From positions 208,477 to 272,476 of the forward strand of contig MU058769.1 in assembly GCA_013265495.1 (NCBI GenBank): a DNA stretch of 64,000 nt, written 5' to 3'. The notes below the pieces were generated by a model. The model was not told the DNA's origin, did not search any database, and was given only the letters and a program-made list of their open reading frames with translations. The translations under genes and the position numbers were made by a program. Positions 21,693 through 35,047 of this stretch are shown here, piece by piece (position 1 is the first letter of the stretch; each line of letters opens with the position of its first letter). This DNA is from Vicugna vicugna (lineage: Eukaryota).

Positions 21693-21840
21693 GTTTTTTC
21701 CCTACTTATTTCTTTGGGGGAAGGTAATTAGGTTTATTGATTTTTTTAAATTGCTTTTTTAATGGAGGTACAGGGGATTGAACCCAGGACCTCGTGCATG
21801 CTAAGCATGCACTCTACCACTGAGCTATACCCTCCCCTCC
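21693..21840 (-). mobile_element. tRNA-Ala(AGC)-derived SINE (camelid vic-1 type)
   Basis: Reverse complement ggggagggtatagctcagtggtagagtgcatgcttAGCatgcacgaggtcctgggttcaatcccc has A and B boxes, then an A-rich tail. Near-identical TSD: agccagggtct (21682-21692) and agccaaggtct (21841-21851). Confidence 0.85.
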
Positions 21841-23309
21841 AGCCAAGGTCTTTTTGAAAGTCCCCTTAGGTATCAACCTCTTTACAGCAGGAAGAGGAAG
21901 GCTGGGATTCCTTCACTCATTCTCCAGGCACAAAAGTTGGAATCTGATTTTAAGTTTGTCTTCATTTTTCCTGGAATCCCCAGTACTGCAATTTTCATCA
22001 GTCCCACCAGAGAGCAACCTTTCTGCATAAATGCTCCTACTTGCCAAAGCACTTGTATCATCTCAGCGCACGTGTACTCCCTCCCAAGTCTGAGCAGAAC
22101 CACAGCATGAAGCCTTCATGTCTCGAACACATTCCCCAGACTCTGCAAACTTACCCCACTCTTAAGCCCTCTAGATAGATGGTTTTGAAAAGTCAACAAG
22201 ATGACTCACTGGAAGAAGGCTTGAGAATTCAAGGAGAGAGCATTCTTTGACCTCTAGCAGTAAACCTGACACCAGGCATCGGAGGTGAGCCCTTCCTCCT
22301 CCCCTCCCCCAACCCTACAGCTGTGGGTCCGAAGTTGCCCCAGTCAGGTTCTGGAAAGAGAGGACTTTCACTGGGGTGAAGGACCTGCAGGAAGTGGCGT
22401 CTGGCTCCATAGCTCTGTCTTTACACAGCCTTGGGAGGCTGTGTCAACTTTGTTACCAGGGCGGTTCAGGGGCATGGCCTTGGGAGCCTGAGGATTTCCC
22501 AGGCTGTTCCATTAGGGTACAGAAACCCCCTTGGGATCAATGGGCTGTTGGCACATCAGATTAATAAAAGACACCCCCACACACTCATATAACTGCTGTA
22601 CATACACTAGACCAGCATTACAGGGGCTGGCAACAGTTGCACTACGGAAGAGTCGAAATGAATGCTTCCCCTTTATAATAACAAAGGTGGCCAGTTAACA
22701 CTGAGGATATCTGCTCTCCTCTGTCTTGGCCACTGCAGTAACTTTCCTGTCCATGCCTCCTCCTAGCAGGACCGAGTGTTGTTTGCTTGTCCACAACCCT
22801 GCTAGGCTGTAAACTCTGTGTATGGATCACAGCCTCATCCCCACAACCTGCTGCAGGACCCGTGCTCGACACTTGGGGGCAGAAAAATGGTCCAGTGCTT
22901 TAGATGCATCCTCTTCTGAGGCTGGGTCGTCGCACAGCCTTGATCACCACCTCCTGTCTCTAAATAGAGTCAGATTCAGGGATGGATGTCTCCCAGGCTG
23001 GAAATACAGACAAGCCATTCAGAATATCTGGGTTTTTTTTTTTCTATATCTGAAGGTGGTCTGTGAAAGCCTCTGAGGAACAATCTTCCAAATTCATTTC
23101 TTCTTTCAATCACTGAATAAATCTTATGATATTAATTGTATGAAGCAATGAGTAAGGCACTGTTGGGAAAATCAGTATGTGTACAAAATAAAGATACTTC
23201 CATTTATATATGATACATGTGTGTATCATATATATGCATGTGTGTGATGTAGCTGGAAGAGTCAAGGAAGAGAAAAACTCACCCACCAACCAAATAGTCA
23301 CTCTAGGTC

Positions 23310-23584
23310 ATAGTACGTAAAAATCCTTTATTGTGGAGGAGTAGAGAGAGATGTCATATTTTTAGGACACTACAGAAACTTCAGAGGATCTATAGCCACC
23401 GCCTGCAGGAACTGGGGATGCTCACTAGACAGTTTCTACAGCCGATGGGGTAGGGGGACGGGGAAGGAGTCGAAGCACTAGAGTGTTGCAAGGATGGGGA
23501 AGAGAAGGGAGCACATGCACCTGGGGATGAGGACAGGGCGACAGGTGTCTTCACGATGCAGCCCAGGGGTCCAGAAGTGGAGTG
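23310..23584 (-). other. TAC3: TAC3 terminal 3'UTR exon with AATAAA at 23327-23332
   Basis: Acceptor tcctcag|CACTCCACTTCTGG at 23584. Resembles the human TAC3 last exon (recalled). Poly(A) signal present. Confidence 0.8.
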
Positions 23585-24919
23585 CTGAGGACCCAGAAAA
23601 TGAAATCACATCTCTGTCCTGTAAAATTCCCACCAACCACCCACTGGGGAAGCAGGGACAGCGGGAGGGGCATCTGTGAAGAAGAAGTAGAGAGAATGGA
23701 AGTCTTAGCCCTCAGCTATCTCTGCAGCCTTCGGACTAGAAGACTGAACTCTCCTCGTCGCAGGTGCTTGCCCCTTCCCAGCTGCCGTGTTTATCGTGAC
23801 CCTTACAAACACCGTGGGCATGGCCTGTGGGGCCCAGGCAGAAAGTTGCAGTGGCAAAGTTCCTATATTCCTGGTGTCCCTGTGAGCCAAGCATACACAC
23901 AGCCCCGTCCAACGCTCCCAGGTGTCAGTGGTCCCCCAGCCTCACCTAGTCCCTCTTCCTCTTTCCAGAAACCTCCCAGAGGAAGGACAGGCAGGGATCA
24001 CTTCCTTTTTCAGGAGTTTCACATGAATGAAATAAGATGGCACAATGGTCTTTGTTGATCTAGTTCATCTAATCTTACTTAAGTGCCAGCCCCAGGGACC
24101 TTGTGTCTGTTTTTCCAGGCACCAAATGGGTTGAGAATGCTCTGTTAGTGGTGAGATTATGAAGGCTGCAATTATGGGCCTGGTCCCTCTGAAAGAGCCT
24201 AGATCCACCAGAAAGCATTAAAAGTAGATTTCCGCAATGCTCTTGTTTCTGCCATTTGTATAAAATACTATGGCAAAATTGCACTGTAATTATCTTTATG
24301 GCCGATGCATAACGTTGGGGAGAGCATGTCATCCAGATATGGCTGCCTATATAATTATCTGGCCATCGGCAGGACTGAAATAACAATCTAATGAGAGCAA
24401 AATGATACAGTAAGTACCGTGTAATCAGCGAGTTACGGTTATTACGGCTCTTTGTGCCCTCTCACCCAGCGCTGAATGGGGGGCCAGACCTAGTCTCTGG
24501 GCCCCCGGATCAGGCACAGGCAGTTTCATCGAGAGCCAGCTCCCGGTCCTTGAGTCTCCTTTGAGACCAATGAGCGTGGTGAGCGTGAGTAACAGGGTCT
24601 CAGGGAGGGAGCAGGAGACTCTGGGATGACTGAGGCTTCCTGATCCCTCTCCTTTTCTCCCCCAACACCTTCTTTCTTTGGAAGCTGGTGCAAAGAAAGC
24701 CACCAGTTGAACTGCTATTGCTGTGTGTGGGAAGATGGTGTCGAGGCGGAAATTTCCATGTTTTGACAAGACACTTCCCTGGGGACTCTCACATTGGCAT
24801 ACCGAGTAAGAGAGCTGTCAGCCCATTCCAGCCCAGGGTCCAGCCCAGGGAGCTCCAGGCAGACAGACCAGAGCCCCCAGGGTCAGCCCCCGGCCGTTCC
24901 CCACACCCCCAGCGCTGCG

Positions 24920-25095
24920 TGCTGGGCACTATTCAGAACACTTTACCTACGCTCAAAACCACAACCCCGCAAGATAACCATATCACCCCCATTTTTCAGA
25001 TAAGGAAATTGAGGCACAGAAAAGTTATGTCACCTGGCTAAGGGGACTCAGCTAGTGAGTGGCAGATCCAGGATTTGAACAGAGGCCATGCTGTC
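24920..25095 (-). mobile_element. MIR SINE relic
   Basis: cccatttttcagataaggaaattgaggcacagaaaagttatgtcacctggctaagg. Confidence 0.75.
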
Positions 25096-25671
25096 ACCCA
25101 TTATGCTGCACAGAGCAATTAAGATATGGTTTCCAGCTATGCCCCCTTAGATTTCAGAGTTCCTTGCATTTCTTCCTAAATCACCCTTGCAAAGAACTAC
25201 ACACTAGACCCAGTAACCTGAGATTCTGAGTGATCTGAACGTTTTCAGCCTGCCTGGGAAGCAAAATGCTTCACATGTGGATGAGACACGGTATCTGTAA
25301 TTATCAGATGATGATCTCTCCCTCTTTTGCACAGATCACAAGAGTATGGAGTTCAAACAACAAAAGGTGCCCAGCAGAGAAGCCCAGGGGAAACCCCTCC
25401 CTTCCCATTTCCCAACACTCCCTCCTTCTGCTCAAGAGTAAGCCGGAGTCCATGAGACAGGGGAGAGGGATGAGGAAGAGATGTGTGTGCGTGCGTGCGC
25501 GCTCTCAGACAAGCATGCGCCTCTAAGTGTCGGGCACTGGTAGTGTATTTAGGGCATTAATTACGAGCATTAATGCCTACAGCATCAGAGGAAATGCTCC
25601 TCTGGCAATCTCCCCCCACCATCCCCCCCCAACACCGTCCCCTCTCTTCTCCCTGACCAACAGTTCGTACC

Positions 25672-28600
25672 TCATTCCACACTGGGGGGATACTTGAAGG
25701 TGCCAAAGCTGGGGACATTCTCTTGGTTCACATCAATAGGAGTGTCTGGATGAAGTAAATGGTGTAGTTAGGAGTGACTTTTCTGAATATGGCCTTCACC
25801 CTGACCCAACAGCAAAGGGCTGCTATGCAGGATGGCTTTGGAAGACAGAGTTGAGTAGAAGAGGAATGCTCTGGTTGCGAGATGGGGAGGAAGCAGAGCC
25901 TCCCCGCCCCTTCCCAGCTGCAGCAGGACTGTCATATAAAGGTCTCCCTACTCTGCTCCCAGGAAGAGCTGGACTGTGGGTCCGAGCTGACTGGGTAGAA
26001 GGGGCCAAGGAACCTTCACTGTGGCTAAGAAAAATCCTGTCTTTCCCTCTGGTGACAAACATGAGGCAGCTGACTGCTGCCTTATCTCTGCCAGTGCCCT
26101 GACCCTTCCCCCGCTCTGCCGCAGGCACCTACCTGGCTGGACGTTCCTCTTGCCCATCAGTCCCACAAAGAAGTCGTGCATGTCACCTGCAGAAATAGGG
26201 CCAGCACTGTCAACAGCGATGATGCGGGGCCAATACATTCCCCCAGGCATGTGTCAAGACGTCAGCGTTGGATTCTGGTCTCTGTTTCTTTATCTCATTC
26301 ACAGCTTCACTCCCCACAGTTAGTAGGCTATCCCCTAAGCGCAGCCTCTGCACCTATCTCTCCCTCACCCACATTTCAGGAATTCTCTAAAATTCTCTCA
26401 ACCGGCAGGTGCCTGGCTTAGAATCATCACAGCCACCAAGAGGTCCTCTTGCTTCCTGATAACCTGCCAGCAGAGGGAGACCCCACCGCGCCCCTCACAC
26501 CTGCTTCCTCCCAGCTCCCAGTGGCCTCTCGCAGTGAGGGAAGGCTGGCTGAGCAGCTGCAGCGAGCGTGCTGTGTGGGCCAGCCCAGACGGGGCCAGCC
26601 GAAATAGTCTCTGGGCGCCCTGCCTGAGGAGCTCTGGGCAAGCAGTCAGCAGAGACGGGGAGGCAGAAGAGGCTACTCACGTTTCTGGGGAAGTGGTGAT
26701 TCCTTAGGACCTGTGAGAGCAAGAACAAGCAATTGTTCCCTAAGCCATCTCCAGCCTCCTCCCCACCCAAAAGGGTCTCCCAGTTCTATTTAATCTTCAG
26801 AACCCTGCCCCACACGCCCCTCTCCCTGGGGCTGCTTCCTACCCGTGCCAGCCCGGCTCAGCACTCTGAGCAATCCGTTCAGGGAGACTAAGCGGCTGTC
26901 AGGGAGTCTCCGGAGCAAGGACGGGGGCAGCTGGTGCAGGCTCGCGTCCTTCTAGGGGAGAGAGGCCAAGAGGGCTGAGGGGAGGCTCACACCCAGTCCA
27001 CTCACTCTTTCCCCACAAGAAGCAGCCTCTCCTTGAGCCCACCACAGCTAAAGCTGACATCCTCTTTCTTTCAGCATTTCCTTGGGTTTACACTAGAAGA
27101 GAAGTGGGCTCTCAAGTATGGTCCATGGACCAGCAGCATCCACGCTGGGAGCTTGTTAGAAATACATGATCTCAGTCCTCCCCCAGACCTACCGAGGCAA
27201 AATCTGCATCTTAACCAGGCCCCCAGGTGATCCATATGCGTAGCAAGGTTTGAGAAGCGTTGGAAAAGGGAGAACGTTGGGCGCCCCAACTGTCCCAGTT
27301 TGCCCAGGTGTGGGGGGCTTGCGGTGCTCAAGCCGGGGTGGCTCCGGAAAAACCGGGGGGCTGGTCATGCTATCTCCCAAGCTCAGAGGGTCCCTTGGGG
27401 CCCTCTCCCAGCTCCTGCCACATCTCAGTGAGAAGGCCCCTGGTTCTTTTCTCCCTGGCACATCAGGAAGTGGTTTGACCAAGGATGTGGTTGCCCCATT
27501 AAGTAAGTGAGCCATGAATTCCTCCACTCACATGAAGGCTCATTAGCCAGAGCAAGTGTCCTTCGGTCTGTGCTCCATGATTGAGTCACATACCTGGGGA
27601 CAGGTGGGGGCAAGCATGCCTGCAATCCTGAAACCCCCCACTCTGCACTATGTCTCTGGTTGTTCCTCTCCCTGCACTTCCATCGCTTCTTGCTCGCTCT
27701 TCTCCATCAGCTTCTGCCTCTGGTTTTCTCTCCCTCTCCCCTGTCTCCCCTGGATTTAGAATTTCAGGGAGGCAGCATGCTCATCAGAATGAAACTTCTT
27801 CTCCTCCACAACTGAACCCCATTCTAGACCTGCTGCCAAGCAGGGGCTGTTAATCATCTTGATTTTTTTAGCAACGTGGGCACAGCAGGATGGTTGGTGG
27901 GCACACACCACACGCCCAGTTATTTGCGGCTGCAGAGAGACAATGACAGTGATCGTGCTGGGAGGTTTTCACCTTGAATCTCAGTGGCGCCTCTCTCTCC
28001 AGAGCCCTGGGGCCCTTGGTCTGCTGAGCACACACAGGTGCACATTTATACAGGACGCACCCCAACACATGCCAACCTGGCTGCCCTCGTACGTACATCC
28101 TACCCTCGTCTCATCCCAACTGCCCTCATCCTCACGGACCTACAGCAAGAAAGGGCAGGAGAGCAATCTCTCTTTTTAACTGACCACGAGGAACAAGGTC
28201 TTGAGGCAAGTTTCTCTCAGAGGAAGAGACCCAGATATTCCGACTATCTCTAGCTGGAACCTTGGGCTCTGAACACAGTGTCCAGCCCACGCTTGGCACA
28301 CTTTGTGTGGTTTTTGAACTGGTCCTGGTCTTTTGGACCTGGTGCAACTGCTGCTACCCGCAACGCTGCCAGCCTCTCGTGCCCTGGGACACCCCACAAG
28401 CTGGACAAAGGCTGGTGACCTCTCTCTTTGCCCAGCACACGGCTTCCCACGCAGCCACTCCCACAAATTGTTCAAGTACTCTGCCTGCGCACCTCCTGTG
28501 ATGAGATGCTGAACGATTTGAGCTGCAGAGGCAGACTTCACATGCTGAATTTGTAATAAGTTCCACCTGTAATCATCTTAAAAGCATTTGTAGCGATGTA

Positions 28601-29442
28601 ATTGCTGTCATTTCAAAACCTTGAAAAGACTTCCTCCCTGCTCTCCCCTGGTACCCCTACCCTGACAACTCCTATTCTTTTTCTTAGAGGAACTTTGGAA
28701 ATTGGGGCCTGTTTTGTGTTTTTTCCCTATCCTGACTAAGCAGAGGCCAGAGGAGGACACGGGAGAGGAGAGAAGAGGGGGTTGGGATCTTGGGAGCACC
28801 TGAGGTTATTGGGGGTGGATGAGCAGGGGATGAGGAAATTATTTTAATTTTAAAAACAAAATAATATATATAACTGATAGGTAAAACAGCACACAAGTGA
28901 CCATTTGGGAGAGAAATTCTGACTGTTTCATGCCATCCGGGGAGCGGGGAGGATCTGTCCCCCCTGCAAAGGGACAGAACCTGGGCTGGACTGTAGAGAA
29001 CCTGAGATCGCGCCAGCCTATCCCTCACAGTACCATCCAGTCACCGAGTCACCAGACAATCAACTGACCAAACGACCTATTAGTAGGTCCCGTACAAGGT
29101 GTTAAAGACACACAGAGGGACAGAGACACTGACAAACAAACCTGGAGACAGTGAGAACACGAGGCCACCAGAGAGGCAGGGTAATCCAACCCTCCGATGG
29201 GTAATACAGGTGACTCCTGTCGGCCCGCCCCCTCTTCCTCCCTACAGCTGTGGGACAGGCAGGGTGCGGCTCCCACGGTGGTGCCCAGTACTCTGCCAGG
29301 GCGGGCACAGCTGGAGGGGGTGCCTTACCTTGCTGTGGCCCCCACCGGGCACCACCTGCTCCTGGGACTCCTCACAGACAGCCCCAAAACTCCAAGCCAA
29401 GCTGAGGGCCAGGATGACTGCAAACAGCAGGGTGCTCCGCAT
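25672..29442 (-). CDS. TAC3: Tachykinin-3 (preproneurokinin B), 126 aa. Coding exons 29329-29442, 26843-26951, 26681-26710, 26133-26186, 25672-25745
   Basis: Signal peptide [20 protein letters not shown]. Spliced product has [15 protein letters not shown] (neurokinin B at 26155-26184 with amidation Gly). Exons sum to 381 nt, all GT-AG with consistent phases. Confidence 0.97.
27103..27260. mobile_element. MER5A-like hAT DNA transposon relic
   Basis: tggtccatggaccagcagcatc...gagcttgttagaaat...aatctgcatcttaac...ccccaggtgatcc...gtttgagaagc. Confidence 0.75.
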
Positions 29443-30023
29443 GGTGCCTAGGAGGGCAGAGGGACAGGACAGGGAAGGCGGGGAGGAGGAGGACACAACA
29501 CGGGTGCAAACGCAGGGGACACTCACGACCAGCAGCCTGGCTTGACCCTGCTTTCCCAGCCGCCAGCTCTTCCATCCAAGCCTTGGTCTGGGAGAGTATC
29601 TGAGCAGGAGGGGCTCAGTTTCCCTGCCCCCCATCACACGTTTCCCCAGGACGTGCACCCGGCAATGAGCAATGGTGCAACGGTGCGGGAACCCTAGGCT
29701 CCCAGGGAAGACAACAGATTTAGAGGGCGTGCATGGGTCTGTTTCCTTAGTCGGCTTGAGGAGGGAGCCTTGATGCTGTTTTCCAGTCCTAGGTAACCCC
29801 AAGACTTGGGCAAAAACTTTCTAATATTGGAAGAATCAGTCTGTACCCACAGGTTCCAAACATTACTCCAACCCCTATCCACTCTTTCTGCTCACCTTCC
29901 CAGTGCCTTGCTCCCCGATCAAAGGCTGCCACTTTATCCCTCCCTCCTTTATTCCCTCCTGACTCTGCCCCTGTCCTTTGGTGCCAGCTCCCGTCCATCC
30001 AGCATGCTCCCGCCCATGCCTAC

Positions 30024-30165
30024 CTGTGGAGCAGCTCTGAGCCCAGGACAGATGGTCTAGCAGGATTGGGGAGCTGGCCCGGGGCACTGCCCGCTCCCCG
30101 CACACGCTGCTGGTGCTGCCGTGAAGAGAGAAACAGGGAGTGGAGGGGCTCTCGAAATGTGGCAG
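30024..30165 (-). other. TAC3: TAC3 non-coding exon 1 (5' end approximate)
   Basis: Donor CAG|gtaggc at 30024. An AT-rich TTTATC element lies at ~30185-30190 on the minus strand just upstream. Confidence 0.6.
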
Positions 30166-30301
30166 CAACTCCGGCCCAGCTCCCTGATAAAGGCTCTGGG
30201 AGGGTCTGGGGGAAACGGGGGAGGGGCTGAGACTCACCAATCCCAGGGTGGCTGGAAGGGAGGGGGAGGCTGGTGGGGGGAATGGGGATATGGGCTGCAG
30301 C

Positions 30302-30337
<36 letters not shown>

Positions 30338-30350
30338 CGCACACACACCA
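30302..30350. repeat. (CA)n microsatellite in the TAC3 proximal promoter
   Basis: About 14 pure CA units followed by CG-interrupted CA units. Confidence 0.95.
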
Positions 30351-33300
30351 CAAACCCAGCCAGCACCGAGCCGGGCTATCCAGCAGCCCACTTTCAAATA
30401 GCCCCTGAACTGGGCACGCTAAGCAGTGATGTTGCATATGGTTTGTCACAAAATTTCCAAGCCAGAGCTAACTCCCTGGGGTTTTTCTCCTCCTTGTCCA
30501 CCCACCAGCCCCTTGCTTTAAACCTCCAACCTCAACTGCCAGGCCAAAACAATTTCTGGCAGGTGTTTCTCTAGCCCTCCCACCACCAGGACAACCAAGC
30601 TCAGGTCCCTGAGGATTGGGAGGAGAGGCTGGCATCCCCTCCAGTGCTCAGTTCTCCCTCTGCCCTCCTCCCAGCTGCAGCTGACCCACCCCATTGGTCC
30701 TCAGACCAGTTGAGGGTCTGCACTTCTCCCCGCAAGTGAATGCAGAAACCTCCAGCAGAAACCTCCAGCATCAGCCTCCTTCCACCGTCACCCTAGCGCT
30801 AATGCCACCCTTTGGCCTCCCACGCCACTTCTTGACCTCTGACTCAGCCTAACTTAGTTGCTTCCCTCCAGGGTTCTAACTTCTGCCCTGCCTGCTGACA
30901 GCTCTGCAAGGAGGAACAGAACACAATGCTGAGCTGTCCCCCTACCCTCGCCGCCCCCGCTCCAGCATTGATCTCTTCATTGCTTCTTTCTCTCCCCATA
31001 GTTACATTCTTCCCGCTCACATCTGTCTCCCTGCAATTCAGGCGTCTTCTCCCCTGAACTTGCAAGCCTCTTGTTCACACCCCGCAGTTTAGGGGACTTA
31101 CTCTACCCACTTCACACCTAACGCAGAGCCCCAGGGGAGAGTCAGAGTCAGAGTCAGGATCAGGATCCGAGCAGACCCAGAAAGAAAAAACGCTGCTGTA
31201 AGAGACCAGGGGAGGCAGAGTGAAAGCCTCCCTTAGAGCAGTCGCCACTCACTATGATGGGTGCGGGGTTTGAACATTTGCAGGGCGCGTCAGCAGAGAG
31301 CTATGCAGTTGATTTTCATCACCACCGCCGTGTGAGTAGGAAATATTCCCATTTTCAGATGAGGGAACTGAGGCTCAAAAAGTACAGTCACATGTTCCGG
31401 GACATACAGCTACTGGAGAAGCAACTCAAATTCAGGATTTTCTCACTCCAAACCTCCCCTTCATTTTACTGCACTGGTCTGAACTTTGACCAGTAAGGGA
31501 ACAGCTAAGTCTCCCAGAAGGGGTGGGGGTCCACCTCTTGAACAGATCTGGAGATTTGGGACCTTGTGCTCTTCTGCATCTTGGGGTTGGGAAGAGAATC
31601 AAAGCTCTGTTGCATATTTACTATGAAGACTCCTGCTCACTGGTGCCTTCCCCAGCCACCCTATTTTAAATTACTACCACTGCATCCTCCGTACCCTCTC
31701 CTGCTTCTTTTCTTCATGCTGTTATTACATCAAACACATCGAAGTTTTACTTACAGTCTGTCTACCCCACCCCTTCCAGAATGTCAGCATCACAAGGGCA
31801 AGGACTGTCATTCGTCTGTGGCTGGATTCCTAGCTCTACATTATTTGGCGTAAATAGATGCTCAATAAAAATTTATTCATAAAATAAAAAGGGAAGCCTG
31901 AGTGCAGCTTCCTGCATTCCAGCCCACAGTGTGGCTCCTACATAGGTCCTCTCCGGCCGTGCCAGGGTCCTGAAATGTTTGTCTCCCCCCTCCCACAACC
32001 CCACCCACCCCAGGACAAGTCACTCTGGCTGCACAGGGCCCCACGTTCACCCCAGAGGGCGGCAGCTAGGTCTCAAGGCCCCTTTATTATGTGAGGGGCT
32101 AATGGGGCCCCATTACCCAGCTAATTGCAGGGCTGTGTGGGGCGACCATGGCCCAGGGCCCAGCATTGGGAGCCTTTGGGAGGATGAAGGGTAGAAGCTG
32201 AAGGCTGTTTACATGTAAATGGCACAACTGGCTCACACCTTTGAGAAGCTCAGGTGCTGTTCCTAATTGGGCCTAACCATCTCCTACCTCCCCGCCTCCC
32301 CTAACAATCTGGAAAAGGAGGTCCAAGCTGGGCAGGCTGGAGCTGGGGGTGCAGGAGGAGGAATGTGTTAGACTGAGGGCTAGGGACTAAAGCCTCCTGG
32401 GTCCCAGCTCTGCATCAGCCTCCCTCCCCACACCAACCCATCCTCCCATCCACCCCTGCCCCCAAGTCCTGGCACCAGGGAAGCAAGGCTTCAGCAAAGG
32501 TCCACCATGAATAATGTCCTTTGATGTTGAGGCATCTCACGGAGGATGGCAGGAGCCAAGGATGGGGGGAGCAAGGGATTGGCAGGGAGAATTGATCACC
32601 CCTTGATCTTTGGGATTAGCAAAGACTTGAAAGAGCTGATGCTAAGCTAAGTCCGAAAGGTGATGAAGGAGGGAGGCTTCAGAGGGCTGGGGCAGGCTGG
32701 GCTTCACTTTGCCACAAATCATATGCAAATGGCATGTAAAGTGGGTGTTGCAGCTACAGAGAACCTGGGTGTTTTTTTCTTTGAACACTTACTCTTTATT
32801 TGGGCCACATCTCAGACACTAACTGTCACTAGCCTAGAGGAGCAGGGTCCCTGGCAGATCCTTCCTCTGGAGCTCCCCCTTTTTTGCTGGGGCAGGTTGG
32901 AGGTGAGGCCAGGAAAGGTCTTGCTGAGATGAGACAATTTAGTCAGCTGCCACTGGGGTCAAGATGCAGGCTGACCCAGCACTTGCTTGTGAACACAAGA
33001 TGGCCTGCATATGTCCACCGTGTGCACAGCTTGAGTGCAATATGTGGACCCTCTCAACATCCTGGAGGGGTGCTGAGGGAGGCGCCAGGGCCACATGTGA
33101 CACTCGAGGAAGACACCAGTGAAGAATGGAAGGATGACAGCTTCTGGTCCTCCTGAGCCCTGCGGCCAGCACACAGCTTGGAGACAACCCACAGCATGAG
33201 GAATAGAGCCTGTGGAAGAAACGGGCCAAGCCAGGAGGGCTGAGCTAGAGCTGGCTTGTGCTGAGAGATGCTATGATGGCCCCTCAGGGGGTCTAGGGGT

Positions 33301-34950
33301 ATGCAGGACAGCTTGTGGCCCTCAGAGACTCAGTCTAGACCTTGAGAGAGCCGGACGGGCAGGGCAACGGGGACAGTGCAGCAGAACCTCAGCTTCTCCC
33401 ACTGTCATAGAGTCAACTCAAGCCCTGAAACACAGGTGGGGAAACTGAGCCCCTGTAGGTTTCAGGGGCTGAAAACACACACTCCCGAGTTCCTGAAGAG
33501 ACAGGGAAGCAGAGGAGGAAGGGAGAGAAGGGAGACTAAAGAAGAGAGGACCCCCCCAACCTTCCCCAACCTAGCATCCATCCACATGACTGAGGGGAGG
33601 ACAGAAGGGAGACCAGGGACCCCAGCCTGTGCCCCTTCAGCCCCCAGCCCAGAGAGCTGACAGTGCCTTCAGCCATGCTGGAAAAGGAAAAGCAGGGTAG
33701 GGAGCAGCAGCTGCATATTCTCCTGAAATTGCTTCTGAAAATGACCAGACACTTCATTGGGAAAGTGACGACAATTTGGGCCCTGGGAGCAGGAGACGAG
33801 GCGGAGAGCGGGGGCGGTCAGGCTCTGGTCACCCTCCTCTCGGCCTGATTCTGAGAAGTCGAGGATGGAGGGAGCTGCTAGGGATGGGAGGAGGGTGGCC
33901 AGAGCCTGTCTACCCCCAACTCAGGACACAGACAGCCCTAGCCCCTCGCCCGCTGGCAAGACCTGCCTCCCTGGGTCCTAGCTCAGCTCAGAGCCGGGTG
34001 TGCCAGAACACGGGGCTGCTTGTGCTCCGAGAGCAACATTAATCTGCAGGCAAGACGAGGAGTTAATCAGGTCTCCCGCCAGCACAATTACCTGGGGCGT
34101 GAGCTGCCTGACGATGGAAGCCGATAGAAGGTGAATAGAAGGACCCCAGCCTCAAAGGCACATGAGCTCAGTGGAGACAGGGAAGAAGCAGGGAAGGTAG
34201 AGATGGTGGAAGGAGGCAGAGCCATCCAGACAGAAACAAAGGCAGCCATTTGTCCGCTCTCTCAGAGCACAGACCAACATTTTACTGCAAACATAGGAGC
34301 TGCCTGTTCCCTAAAGGTAGAGACAGAGTAGGAGAGGCTGAGACAAGACAGAATCTATGAGGTAACAGATATGAAGGAAGTGGGAGGATATTTAAAGCAT
34401 TATACAAAATATTACGTATTAACATTAGTCAGAGCACACAGAAACGGGAACGAGATGGTGTGAGACAGTTGGAAACCAAGAAAGGAATAATGATGATGAC
34501 ACAGGGAAAATAAATGAAGACAAGAGGGAAGAGGTCAGTCACAGGGATGGGGGAGTCGGGGTAGAGAACCCCCGCCACCACCGTCAAGTGCCACCAGCTG
34601 CAGGCCCCAGCTGTGATCAGCAAGAAAACAGTTGGCAGCAGCCTAGCATCTCTGGGGCACAGAAAGGAAGGGGTGCCATGGGGCAGGTGTGATGACGCCC
34701 AGTGCTGAGGCGGGGGTGGCGGGGGCTATGGAGCTCCCAGCGCAGGGGACCCTGCATTCCCCAGCTCACCTCAGCTCACAGGAGCCCTCCAGCCTCAGGC
34801 ATCTTTTCAGGTTAAATCTCCAAAGGATCCCAGTTCCTGCCAAGACCGGGATCCTGACTTCTTCCCTCCAGGGACACACTTAATGAATCAGCCCATTGGC
34901 CACCTGCGACCTGAGCCCCGTCCCCGACTGCCCCGCCCCCACCCCAGTCT

Positions 34951-35047
34951 NNNNNNNNNNNNNNNNNNNNNNNNNNNNNNNNNNNNNNNNNNNNNNNNNN
35001 NNNNNNNNNNNNNNNNNNNNNNNNNNNNNNNNNNNNNNNNNNNNNNN
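34951..35047. other. Assembly gap (97 N)
   Basis: Run of n. Confidence 1.

Noticed and set aside
21765..21837. tRNA-Ala gene
   Set aside because: Has an A-rich tail and TSD, and an imperfect acceptor stem. It is a SINE head.
29431..29451. REST/NRSE-like motif at the TAC3 start codon
   Set aside because: Mismatches in both cores (CAGCACC and GGA.AG). Too weak to call.
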